From the NCBI GenBank assembly GCA_013239625.1, contig MU054187.1:7722358-7786357 (forward strand): a DNA stretch of 64,000 nucleotides. The letters run 5' to 3'. The notes below the pieces were generated by a model. The model was not told the origin of the DNA and searched no databases. It saw only the letters and a list, made by a program, of their open reading frames with translations. Shown here piece by piece: positions 25,421 through 36,775 of the stretch (position 1 is the stretch's first letter; each line of letters opens with the position of its first letter). The DNA comes from Lama guanicoe (lineage: Eukaryota). The translations under genes were made by a program, and so were the position numbers.

Positions 25421-28400
25421 AGAGAGGGAGACACAAACCAACATTTGTTGATATTGGTGATTTTTCATTTTTAAACTTCAATTATCATAAAAACTAAAGA
25501 TAAATTGTTAGCATTGCTGATTAGCCTCTTGAAATGACTGTTTTCCAAAGTGAATAATAATGAGCATTTGGCTGATACACCGATAAAGTAAAAAAAAAAG
25601 CGCGAAAGACAGAGAGCTAGAGAGAGGAAGAAAGAGAGGGAGAGAGAGGACATGAGACACCCAGAGAGAATGAGAACTATATTCTTTATTTACTTAAACA
25701 GGAGAAACTAACATATATGCCTTTTTGTGTTCCTCAGGCGTAAGCAATATAGTGTTTTTCTTAAATAACACAGAGGGCCTGAGAAAAAGAAACACATTGA
25801 AATACTTTGATCAAATTTGGATACCCTTGCATAGGGATTACATTTTATCTACTGTGGGAGTGGCTCCTTTTTTGCTTTCTTTTTCCAGCCCAGTCCTGCT
25901 CAGAACCTTAGCGGCCATCTCAACGTGGCGATGGACAGGTAAAAGGCACACGTGTGTCCACGTTAAATGAACACGGAAGGAAGTCAGCAAAGGAGGGCGT
26001 TAGAAGGAACAGAGGAGGGGAGCACGACGCTGGTGGCAGCTGCTTAGCTGAAGCTCTCGTCTTCTTTCTCTTCCTGCACTTTCTCCCCAGAACATCTTCC
26101 TTCAATTGGATGAGAATCCGTTTTCATTGATCTGGCCCCACTCTGTTGCACTTACTGGATGGTTCCCACTCCGGGAGCAAGCCATCTATTTCCTGCTCTG
26201 ATTTCTCCTAATTAAACTGGAAAAAGATCCACTGCCCAAGGGCCCCTGGATAAAGCCCCACGGAAATAACGTTACCTCCCCGTCTCACCCTTGACACGGT
26301 GCCTCTGTCCAGGGCTGGCGGGTGCTGACCTGGAGACCGACAGCCGGTCAGGCAACAGCGCCCGAGGCCTGCTGTGTGGGTCTGCCAGCCGCCCTTCGCC
26401 TCGGACCCGCCTTCTCCAAACGAACCTGCTCTCCGCTGAGGGAAGTCACAGCCCACTAATGTCTTTTCACGTTTCTTTAAAGCATCAAAACCCAAGAATT
26501 TATACATTCTCTAGTTGACTAGACATTTTCTTCCATGACAAAGTGGTGCAAATAAATATGAATCCTAAAACATTTCAGTTTGATGGATAGTGATGGTATA
26601 GCTCCTGGATTTTTGTCACTCGGAGCTGCTTTTATTGGCTCTCTCCTCTGGGATTTTAACAGCCAACCATGAATGATAAGCCATCTTTCCCCTATCACCC
26701 AAAAAGAAAATCTGATCACTTTATGCTCACTGGGAGGGGCAGAATATAATTAATTTACGGCTTTACCATGCAGGGACCTCACTCGACTCTATCTCTAGGA
26801 AATAAATGACATCTCAGGTGGTCATATGTTTGCTGCTTGAACGACTTACTGTCTCTGCTTTTTTTTTTTTTTGCTTAATTACTCTCCTGACCTCAGTATC
26901 TGACCCCCACCCCACCCCCTCTACTTCCCCAGGAGTCACTAACTTAAGGGCGATCTCGAGGTATTCTCAAAAAGCACACACCACTTTGTGCGCTTTCAGA
27001 AGCTTTCATTGTCACTTCTAAGGCTTGTTAATCAAGGGTATGAAATCTTGGCCCTAGTATCATTGTTCATCTCATGTAGTATTTTGTTAGATTTTATCAG
27101 TAAGTGTATGTATTCTCTGAGTCTAAAAATGTATGAAAAGGCTCTTAAGACTCTTGGAGGGGCCTATTGAATTGGGTGGGGTAACCAGTAATCATGGGAA
27201 TGAAAGTGTGAACAAGACGAAAAAGAAGACGTTTATTATTAAAGGTTAGTTTAGTCTCTATGGGTAAGTAAAAAAAAATGCATACATAGTTGAATCATTC
27301 TGGATAACCAATATTGGATATGTAAAGGAGACGAAGTTTAATGTGAATTAAATATGATCAATTTCAGGCTACATAGATACATGTAGTAATGTATGCAGGT
27401 ACTGATGAATGGAGTTTCGAAACTCTCTGATTTAATTTACTCTTCATCTACTTTAAATTTTCTATTTAGTGGTAAATCTACCTTTCTCAGATGCTCAGGG
27501 AGACATCAGAGTGGAGGACAAAAGGCTCTGATCGGTTCTCTGTCTTTTAAGAGTGTGAACTTCAGCCTGCAAATGTCCACACCTTTTGTTCCTTATAGAG
27601 TCTGATTTATTCCTGGTTGGTGGGCGCTGCTATGGGCATTGCTGGTTTGGGCTTGGAATATGAAGGAAATGGCAATCTAACACGTGTTGTTGCTTTTCAT
27701 GTGGGCATCCCTTTAAAATTCTTCTGGCTTTTCCTCTCCTCCCCAGCTCCTCGAAAAGCAAAATGCATTTAGCTCTGAGCTGGAGAGGGCTGTGGCTGAA
27801 GCCAGCATCTCCTAGATCACACAGCATTTACATACACGGTCATTGTCTCCGCTGCCTCCCACTGCAGCTTCCTATAATAAAACAAGCCGCGTCAAACAGG
27901 CGAGGCTGTAATATTAGGTAAAATCTAATTTCAGTTTGGTTATCATATAGTGTTCATTTCCCTAAGGGAGGGAAAAAAATTAAATTTGTAAGCTGAAGAT
28001 TCCAGCTGAAGTAGTAGAAGGTATGAAAGGCTTTCCCTGGCCTTTTATTATTCACTTTATGAATTAGCCTTAGTTTACTTGTTTCGATCGGTGTGGACAT
28101 ATTTCTGAATACTATTAGCATAGCAATCAGGGCTGTTCTCAGGTTATTGAATGGTGTGTTGACTTCCGAAATAAATAGATATGCAGTGTGAAGGGCGAGC
28201 TGTCACTTTAGGAGAGCTTTCCTGATCTAAATTAAAAGGCACTTCTAATTGAAAACTATAATAGCAGGAGGGTTAGAGAGAGACAATGAAACTGCTCAGT
28301 CCCTTTCAATTTTCTCAGGATTCTGTTAGTGAATGTGGGAGAAAAAGTAAAATGAAAATATTAAATTATAAATTGCAATTTAAGAAGCAATATTAAATTA

Positions 28401-29899
28401 TAGCTAAATAGCCATATTGCTCTGAAGCCATTTTAGATGCTTGATTTAAAGGCTCTCTGTGCTTCTGATTTTTTTTTTTTTTTGCTATGATCTCCTGAGT
28501 TATCTGTTTTATCACTCGGCACATAATTCTGTGTTTACACCAGCAAGTGCGTCTTTCTTTACGAAATAAGAAATCAGTCCTGAAAGACTTCAGATTTTGC
28601 ACTGTGTGCTCACTGATACTGGGTTGCACGAATGCTTGGGTGTCTTTTATCATATCTGAAGCGGGTACGTCTGAGACAGGGAACCTTGAAGTCAGGACAG
28701 CCATAAAATCTGTGATAATCATTCATGAGTTATCTACATGAAGTATTTTCAGCAATTTACATAAAATCAATTATGAATTTAAGTAATAAATGAAATTATT
28801 AGCTATTTCAGTTATGTGAATAGCTACCAGCTGTGTGAGTCTATATATTTTGGTCCTTTAAGGGTTAAACACTGAGGCCTGTCTATAGCTCATTTCTATA
28901 GTAACAGCAAGACGGAGACTTTTTATGGGCACCTAATAATTAGAAAGTGCTAGAAGGTATAACAATATAATGAATCAAAACTGATAGACTTGTGGGTTTC
29001 CATAGAAACATGTATAATTATGATAATCGGTCCCTGGCGTACCCTCAGAATTGTATACATTCAGTTAAATGCAATAAACATTAGGCACTATTTAGTGAGC
29101 TGTGATGCAGATTAACAGTGTGAGATACAGGGAAGCTATGAATAAAATTGCTGTACAGTTTATCTCAAACTAATTTCCCAGATTGCTTTAATAGATGTAG
29201 TGTGTGCATGTGAAAAATTGGAAGTGTATTTTTGTTAGTGGTAAAGCTAACAAAGATAATATTTCATAAAGTGGCTGACTGATTGTTAATTTCGGTGCAG
29301 ATCAAAACGGGCCGGAGCACATTAGTCAGAGCGGGATCCCGGAGCCCTCAGAGCGCATGGCAGGTTGGGCCCTCCTGGGCTGATTTATTGCCAAAGTAAA
29401 TTATAAATCTTTTTATGGCTGTCCATTTTTCTTTAACCTTTTCTTTCCCCTCTTCTACCTCTGCATTTTAGGGAGACTTTCCACAGCCCTGTTATGGGGA
29501 GAGGAAATCGCATAAGGGAATGTTCTCAGATCCAGGGAAAGGCAACAATTCCTTCTGGCTCCTTTGCATACTTAGCTTTTATTTTTCCTTCAGCGTCTAG
29601 AGTTCAGACGTGCTGGGCCTGAGCACTCACAAAAGGCCCGTGAAATGGCCAGAGTGCCATTGTAAGGCGGAGCAAATAATCGTGGGTGCATTGTGTGTGT
29701 GCGCGGTGCTACAGGATGGTAAATATTATTTTATTAGATTATTTTTCCTGTTTCCTTACTGAGAAAGTAACACAGCAATCTGGAAGTTTCCCAGACTGTT
29801 CATGAGGGGAGAAAAAAGGGGCCTGGATAAGACGATGTGGGATGGGGGCTATAGGAGACTCTTCCAGCCGACGGAGCAGATGGAGAAAGAAGCTTCTAA

Positions 29900-29955
29900 G
29901 CGCGTGCGCGCGCGCGCGCGTGTGTGTGTGTGTCCGTGCGCGCTCGCGCGCGTGT
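29900..29955. repeat. Alternating purine-pyrimidine (CG/TG) tract, Z-DNA prone
   Basis: Perfect alternation over 29900-29933, including (CG)7 at 29907-29920, followed by cgtgcgcgctcgcgcgcgtgt. Confidence 0.9.
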
Positions 29956-30546
29956 CTGGATTCTCTGTCAGTAGTGCCCTCCTCTGTCAATGTTCACGGT
30001 AACCTGCTAGGCACATTTCACAAGAGACACCTGAGATTCCCCTGATGGGGGGGGGGGATGAGAATCCGCACACGAGAGACGGGAGAGCCCTAGGTCCAGA
30101 GCCCAGCTTCAGGATGGAATGACACAAATGCGCTGCAGTATCTCTTGGGCTAATTTTAAAAATAAAGTAAAATAAATAAAAGCCTTTTAGGGGAGAAATG
30201 CTTTCCCCAGCCAGCTTCAGAGGGTCTCTTAGACTTGATCGTCAGGCTGGGTAGGTCTTTCCCCCTGACTCCAGCCTGCCACAGGGTTCCTCACAGGGGA
30301 GCCTTTCAGAGTCCGGGCCGCGTACTTCAAGCCTTTCTTCTCCCCTTTGTGACTGTGTTACTTTCTAATACTATAATGGTGCTCTACAAAAGACTCCAGC
30401 TCCTGCCTGGCAGGAGTTAAAGCGTGGACGGTGTGGGGGAGGGAGGCTGGCCACAATCTCTCTACAAGCGTAACTTTCCACCCTCAATTTCTAGTCTTCC
30501 TTGTCTCTAAAGACCCATGGAAAGCTTCTTTTCTCTCCTCCAGGAC

Positions 30547-30621
<75 letters not shown>

Positions 30622-30650
30622 AAGGTGTGTGTGTATATATATATATACAT
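30547..30650. repeat. Compound microsatellite An(TA)n(CA)n(TA)n..(TG)n(TA)n
   Basis: Direct reading. Confidence 0.95.
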
Positions 30651-31374
30651 AATGTAAATAAAATATGATATACAAACCCTTCTTCTTTTAATTTCACCCC
30701 ACACAGTTGATCTTTTATTTTAATCAAACTTTAGCCACCTTCTTCCCTCACAACTCAGTGCAGTGACATTTGGCATATACCACGTATCCCAGCGTTTATG
30801 GTATCATGCCACAATGTCTACACATTTTTATAGCTTGTTTTATATACACATATATGAATATATTAATGAATTATTCAACAAATAGACAGCGAGGATCTAC
30901 TTAACAAGCACATACACATATGCACACACAACACACCTAAGCATTTATGACATTATATTTGTTTGTACCGACATAAATGACAACTCAATCCGGGATTATT
31001 GCTTTTTTACAAGACTCCTCTAGTGTTGGTGGTGGGAAATTGTAAATATATCCTACTAGGCAATATAAGACTCTGGTATTTTTATCCCCACACAAAGCCC
31101 TAATTCCTCTGTAGAAAAATAAGAAGCAACACCTTTCTGCCAGCTGACGACACACTCATGCATATATAATGGTTGAATAAAGAGCTCGTTTAACAAATAT
31201 TGATTAAATGTTGATTATATCCAGGGCACTATTTATCTTATGGGGAGCTATAAAAGTATATAGCATGATGCTTTTTATTCATGTACATATTTATTTACAG
31301 ATAGTTGGTGTATTGTCGCCAACTATTTCAGCAAGAAATGCTAGAAATAGCTTTAAATAAAACAAAATGTATAG

Positions 31375-31570
31375 GACATTCTTTATTTCAACAAATAAAT
31401 ATTTGAGTGCCCGCCATGTGATAGGACTATTTTTCCCTGGTGGAAATGCAGCATCGAGCAACATCCCTGCCCTCTTGTAGCTGGTACTCTAAGAGTAGAA
31501 AGTAGAAAACAGACAAGCAAATAGATATCAAATGATGATAAATGCTACGAAGCAAAGTAAAGCAGAGAAA
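31375..31570 (-). mobile_element. L2 3' end fragment
   Basis: atttcaacaaataaatatttgagtgcccgccatgtg...catccctgccctcttgtagctgg resembles the antisense L2 tail. Confidence 0.7.
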
Positions 31571-31699
31571 ACTACAAGGAAAACACAGCTGAACTAAGGG
31601 AACACTTTGAATTTGCCCGAGAAACCTGAAAATTGACTGCAGACACCCAAGCGTTCATGTTTATGGCCGAGTATTTTTAAAGGAGGAAGCGTGACTGAT

Positions 31700-31925
31700 G
31701 GTTGTTGGATATCTAGCAGGGGCTTGGTCCTAGGCTAAGCTGCTTTTACCCCTCTCGGTGGGTCATTTACTGCTTCTAACCCGCCCTGAGAGTCAGGCAG
31801 GTATTATCATGTCTATTTTACAAGAAAGGAAGGTGAAATTCAGTTGCTGGCCAAGGCCACACACTGAGAGGCTGGGATTTAAACCCAGCTCATCTCATTC
31901 CAAAGCCCATTCTCTGTTAACATCA
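31700..31925 (-). mobile_element. MIR SINE
   Basis: ggcaggtattatcatgtctattttacaagaaaggaagg...ctgggatttaaacccagctcatctcattccaaagccc resembles antisense MIR. Confidence 0.7.
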
Positions 31926-32403
31926 CCCTGCCTCTGTATGTTAACAACAAAGAATAATTCACAATTTCAGCACCACGCAGAAATTTGTCTAGATTTCTTC
32001 CTTCTTTTTATAGCTCAAGAATTCCATTTCTCTGAAAGAGGAAGGGCGTAAAAACTTGACTGGACACATCCTAACCCAGCCGCCTACTGTCTTCCTGAAG
32101 GGCTGCCTCTCCCACTGTCCCACACTGTCAGGCTACGCATTCTTATTCAACCCTTAGGGGTTTGTAAGGCAGCAGCTCTTCCACGTGGCTGCATCTCTGT
32201 TGCTTATTTTCAGTTGATTACTGTCGTTGTGAGGACATTTTTACATTTTTACATTTTCGCCTGCACTGCATTGCATGCTTTTAAAACGGAATTGTTTCTG
32301 TCTCGTAACCCCTTTGAATACGTCCAGAGTGTTGCTTATTTGAGGATCGTAGTTCCATCATTTTGATTGAGTTTACCAATGACTCTGCTCAAAGAGAAAG
32401 GGT

Positions 32404-32953
32404 TTGTCATCAAAATGGTCATTAGTGACGAGCAGATAAAACCCCAAAGGGAGAGGATGTGTGTGTGTCTGCATAAGCGCCGTGTACAATTTTTACATTG
32501 TATTGCGTTTTTTAAATTAGACCATTCGGTATTTTTGAATCAAGTCAACCAAAAATTTTACTTAAATCCAATAGTATTATCAAACGGTCACAGGTGTTGA
32601 TTACATACAGTTCTCAGGGATGACAGCTACTCAGTGCAAATATAGACATGTGCTGTATGTTTAGAATATAATTGCTCTTTTCCCATTTTAAATGCACATA
32701 TATTGTCATGTCTGAAAGAAACATGCTGATCTATCTATAATGTTGCTGCAGACTATCATCTCTCCTTTCCCATAACCTGATGAACCAACTCCAGGCTCTC
32801 TTCCATAGAAATCCTGCTGAACAATATTGCTAATTCTGACCATTCAGTTAAGCCAGACTAACTCAAATTGTACACGGCGCTTATGCAGACACACGCGCAT
32901 CCTCTTCCTTTGGGGTCTTATCTGCTCGTCACTAATGACCATCTTGATGACAA
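32404..32953. repeat. Inverted repeat: 89-bp arms (32404-32492 and 32865-32953), 372-bp spacer
   Basis: Base-by-base comparison gives 84/89 complementary positions and no gaps. Confidence 0.97.
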
Positions 32954-33048
32954 TTCAAATTAACTCCTGTTTTGATAAACTTGATTAAATAAATTTTTCA
33001 GTTTAAAGCCCTGACCATCTAGATGCTTTTGAAAAGCATCAGCTTCTC

Positions 33049-33630
33049 TGTAAGTGAAATAGGAGGAAAGGGGCCAGGGCACAACCATTGAAGGTGTAAC
33101 ACAGCAACTGAGGACAGGACAAGCGGGTTACAACCAAGATGGCAGAGGATTCGACTTCCAGTCGACCTTGAGCCTCATGACGCACCCACAGGCGCCATGG
33201 CAGTTCCTAGGCTGACCATAAAAGGTCAAAAAGTGGGTGGGGGGCCTGATTCCTGGAAATCCCCACCCCTTCCCCAAAATGGTTGGAATAATCTTCCTAC
33301 TCATTAGCATGTAAAGTTACCAAGCCCATAAAACCTCACAGCTCTGCACTGGGTGGTCACCCACTGTTTCGCCTTCTGAGACAGCCCGCACTCTGTCTAC
33401 GCAGTGTGTGTCTACTTTTACTTTAAACACCCCCACCTCTCGGGTTCCCTCCCTCTCACCTGTCTGAGATGGCCCCATTCTGCCTGTGGAGTGTGTGTCT
33501 CCTAAGCTGCTTTCCCTTCTGAGTGAGACAGACCCCACGCTGTCTATGGAGTGTGTATCTCTCTAAATAAGCTTGCTTTCACTTTACCGTGCTTTGCTCT
33601 TGAATTCTTTCGTGCACGAGGCAAGGCCTG
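33049..33630 (+). mobile_element. ERV1 solo LTR, MER41-like
   Basis: TG start (tgtaag). Colinear MER41 landmarks: aaccaagatggc, cacccacaggcgccatggcagtt, ttcctggaaatccccaccccttcc, gaataatc, ctgtctatggagt, aataagcttgctttcacttta, tgaattctttc. The 3' CA end is not clearly preserved. Confidence 0.8.
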
Positions 33631-35569
33631 TTCTCCCACAGCCTGAGGATGGGCAGCTTCAGACCTCTGTGAGAAATGAACAGGTCTTCTTCAAGAAAAC
33701 ATTCTTAACACGGGCTTCCTGCTTTTAGTTTTAATTCTTCTCCAAATGGGGAAGCATGGGAAAAAAGTAAGAATTTCTGCTTTGTTTTGCTTGTGATTTT
33801 CTCTGTTTTATGAAAGTCATATTGTATTATATCTCTTCATTTTTTCCATTTACAGAACTTGGACACAGAAGGCTATTTCATACAGTTGTTGTAAATAGCA
33901 ATTAATTCCAACAATCAGTCTGAGTTTGCATATGGACATTGGGAAATGATGTTTGGTTATAAAATGCCAAGTGTCCCTCGTATTCTCTTTGGTGATTTGG
34001 TAAATAAAAATGCTGGGGCTAATATAGACCTTTCTGTTTGGGCTAAGTTTGGCTACTCAGAATCAAAACTCTGCCATTTTCTTAGGCTTCTTTTGGGATG
34101 TTCTTCTGTTAATAATTCAGCCAATGGCAGCTCTGCAGGCTGAGTATTGTCGATGCTAAGATACAGGCACCATAGTAGAGCTCTTGGTTCTCTCGACACA
34201 TTGAGTTAGGATTCTTACCACATGCTACTCCAAGCACACACAAAGCCCTCAATTTAAAAAAACAACAAAAAAAAAACCCAATTATTGAAAAAGTGGTCAA
34301 ACAATGGGACAGCCTTTCAGTGAAATGTTATTCAGCCAGTGACAGGCATGTTATGGAAACTTGATAAGATGTATATGATGTATTGTTGAAAAAAAGAGGA
34401 GGTTAACGTATTAACAGATGCATGTGTAAAGAAAAAAGCAATCTGGACCCACGTCCCACGTATATGGATTGTAGAATTACGAGTGATTTTCTTTTTTGAA
34501 ATTTCCCCTACATTTTTTGAATTTCCTATGATAAATGTCTGTTAATTCTATATATTAAAATACAGTTTAAAAGTAATCAAATGTTTTTCTAGATTATAAT
34601 ACTAATCATATACATGCAGACCTACAAGTGCAAGATAAAAAAAGGTGAAATCCTAAAAAAAGGTTATTTTTGGATTGTGAGGTTATGTTTGGTTTCTTTA
34701 TTCTTTTCTGTAAGCTCTAGATTTTCTCCACATACCTAACTTTAATAATCAGAAGTTTAAAACTGTTCAAAAAGGCAAAGGAAAATGGCATATATTTTCT
34801 AAAAGCCAGTGTAAGCAATTTATCCCAATGCACATCCCAGAATAGGGTGACTGGCACAATGAGCTCCCAGTAGAAGATCCTGTGGTATTCATATATTAAA
34901 TCACACCTTACCATTGGGTCATAAAGCAATTTTGTACAGTCCTCTAATCCTGTTGGCTGTTGCACTTGTACAGCATATGCATAATAAACACTGCTCCCCA
35001 TTTTTTAGAGTTATGATTTCATAAATTCATTTTCCCCGTCACCATCAGGCTCCTCCTCTCCCCACTGTGGGAGGTTCGGCTTTCTTTGCATCGCCTCTGC
35101 TTCTCTTTGGTCGGTGCCATGGGTCATCTTGGCAGGCGTTTGTTTCTAATCATAGCGGCTGATGCTAGATGCAGTTACTAATTTGAAGCTCTCGTTTTTC
35201 CAAACTGCAAACTCCAGTTTCTCCTTTGTGTCATTGGAAGGTTATTTAAAGACCACTCCCCCTGCACCCCCAAAGAAAGTGAAAATGTAAAATTAGCAGA
35301 CAGAGCCCACTGCAAAAGAAAGAAAGAAAAATGGGGCCAATTTCAGAGCATCTGAGCCAGCCAGAGAATAATGATTCATTAACAAATCCCCGTATTCTGA
35401 ACATGGGAAGATCATTAGTCACCTTTTGGGTTCTCTCAAATTTGGATATACTAACTCTTTGTATGAGTTTTTGATATGTTATCACACACAAAATATAAAA
35501 ATCAGGTAATGAATCAGTTTTTTTGAACCACAAATTGTTTTGACATTTGGACTCCTTTTCTTGTACACC

Positions 35570-35615
35570 AAAAAACAAAAAAAAAAAAAAAAAAAACAAA
35601 AAAAAAACAAAAAAA
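35570..35615 (+). repeat. A-rich simple repeat
   Basis: Poly-A with C interruptions. Confidence 0.9.
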
Positions 35616-36539
35616 GGAGTAAATAGAGCACTTGAGAAAAAAAAACTTGCAAATTTGTTGTTTAATAATAGTTACTAAAAAACAACTAAATGAGTACCCT
35701 TTTAGACTGTCAGTGTAGACACAATTTAAAAATATTCTTCCTCCTAAAAGACGTGCTTTTCTATCTTCTAAAAAAAAGTAATTTTTCTCTTTGTTTTTTC
35801 TTTACATGACAAAAATAGTGTTTTTTTGCATTCTCTCTTTTTTTTCACTGTAACTTTTAATTGAAGTCATTTGCATGAGTCCGAAGAGGAAGTTAATACC
35901 AAAAGTCACAGAAAACTCAGCACATCTTTCAGCTTTTCAACTTATTTCTGTGACTGTAGTTCCTGCTTGTGCTCAGACCAGAGACCAGGCCTCCTTAATA
36001 CAATCAAGATAGCACACTGTACTATTTTTAATTTCTTTGAAGTGTGGTAATTATGACTAATTATCATCTCACTCAGTAATTAACAACTGGTGGCAGTGCG
36101 CTGACTTCCTGCGTCTCCCCAACCCCATGGCTGCAGAGGAGTGGGCATGTGTTATTTGGTGGAGATTTCATATTTGAACCAAGAAAGGCATTACCACCTT
36201 GGGAGGGGGGTCCAACAGAGACATAATGAATCCTAGATTACTGCTGTACAAAGTTATTTCTTGATGTATTGATTGATTGATCCAAGAATTTATTTTGTAT
36301 GCTGACTGAAGGTGTAAAACTGCTTGAAAGATATTCTCCTCCCAATTGCCCCAAATAAGTATCCTGTACTTTCAGTTCTTGGTCTCATTTTGAGTTCTTC
36401 CCCCTTCTCTTCTTCATCGTCCTCTCAGGTTACAATTGCTTTTACAATCTGTGAGGGGAGGGCCTAGTGTTACTTCCTCATTCAACTCAAGTAACATGGA
36501 CCGATCGCCATGATGACTCGTGATAAAAACTAGGACAAA

Positions 36540-36775
36540 AATAATGACAGCAATGCTTAATTCATAGGATCTGCCAGACACTGTTTTAAGAGCTTTAAAT
36601 GAAATAGTCATTCAATTCTCACACCAAGCCTATAAGATGGGGCATGTTATTGACTCCAACTGCCTACGTCGGACGCTGAGGGCCAGAGGAGTTAAGGCAC
36701 AAAGCAAGCGAGAGGCCGGCTATGATAGGAACCAAGCAATTGGACTCCAGAATCGACGCTTTTCATAATTCTGTC
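36540..36775 (-). mobile_element. MIR SINE
   Basis: atctgccagacactgttttaagagcttta...tcattcaattctcacaccaagcctataagatggg resembles antisense MIR. Confidence 0.7.

Noticed and set aside
29739..30045. ORFs with ARAR, VCVC and THTH runs
   Set aside because: Translations of dinucleotide repeats.
30431..30727. YIYI and VCVC ORFs
   Set aside because: Translations of a microsatellite.
35570..35615. A-rich tract as a possible processed-pseudogene tail
   Set aside because: No upstream AATAAA, no ORF remnant and no TSD found.
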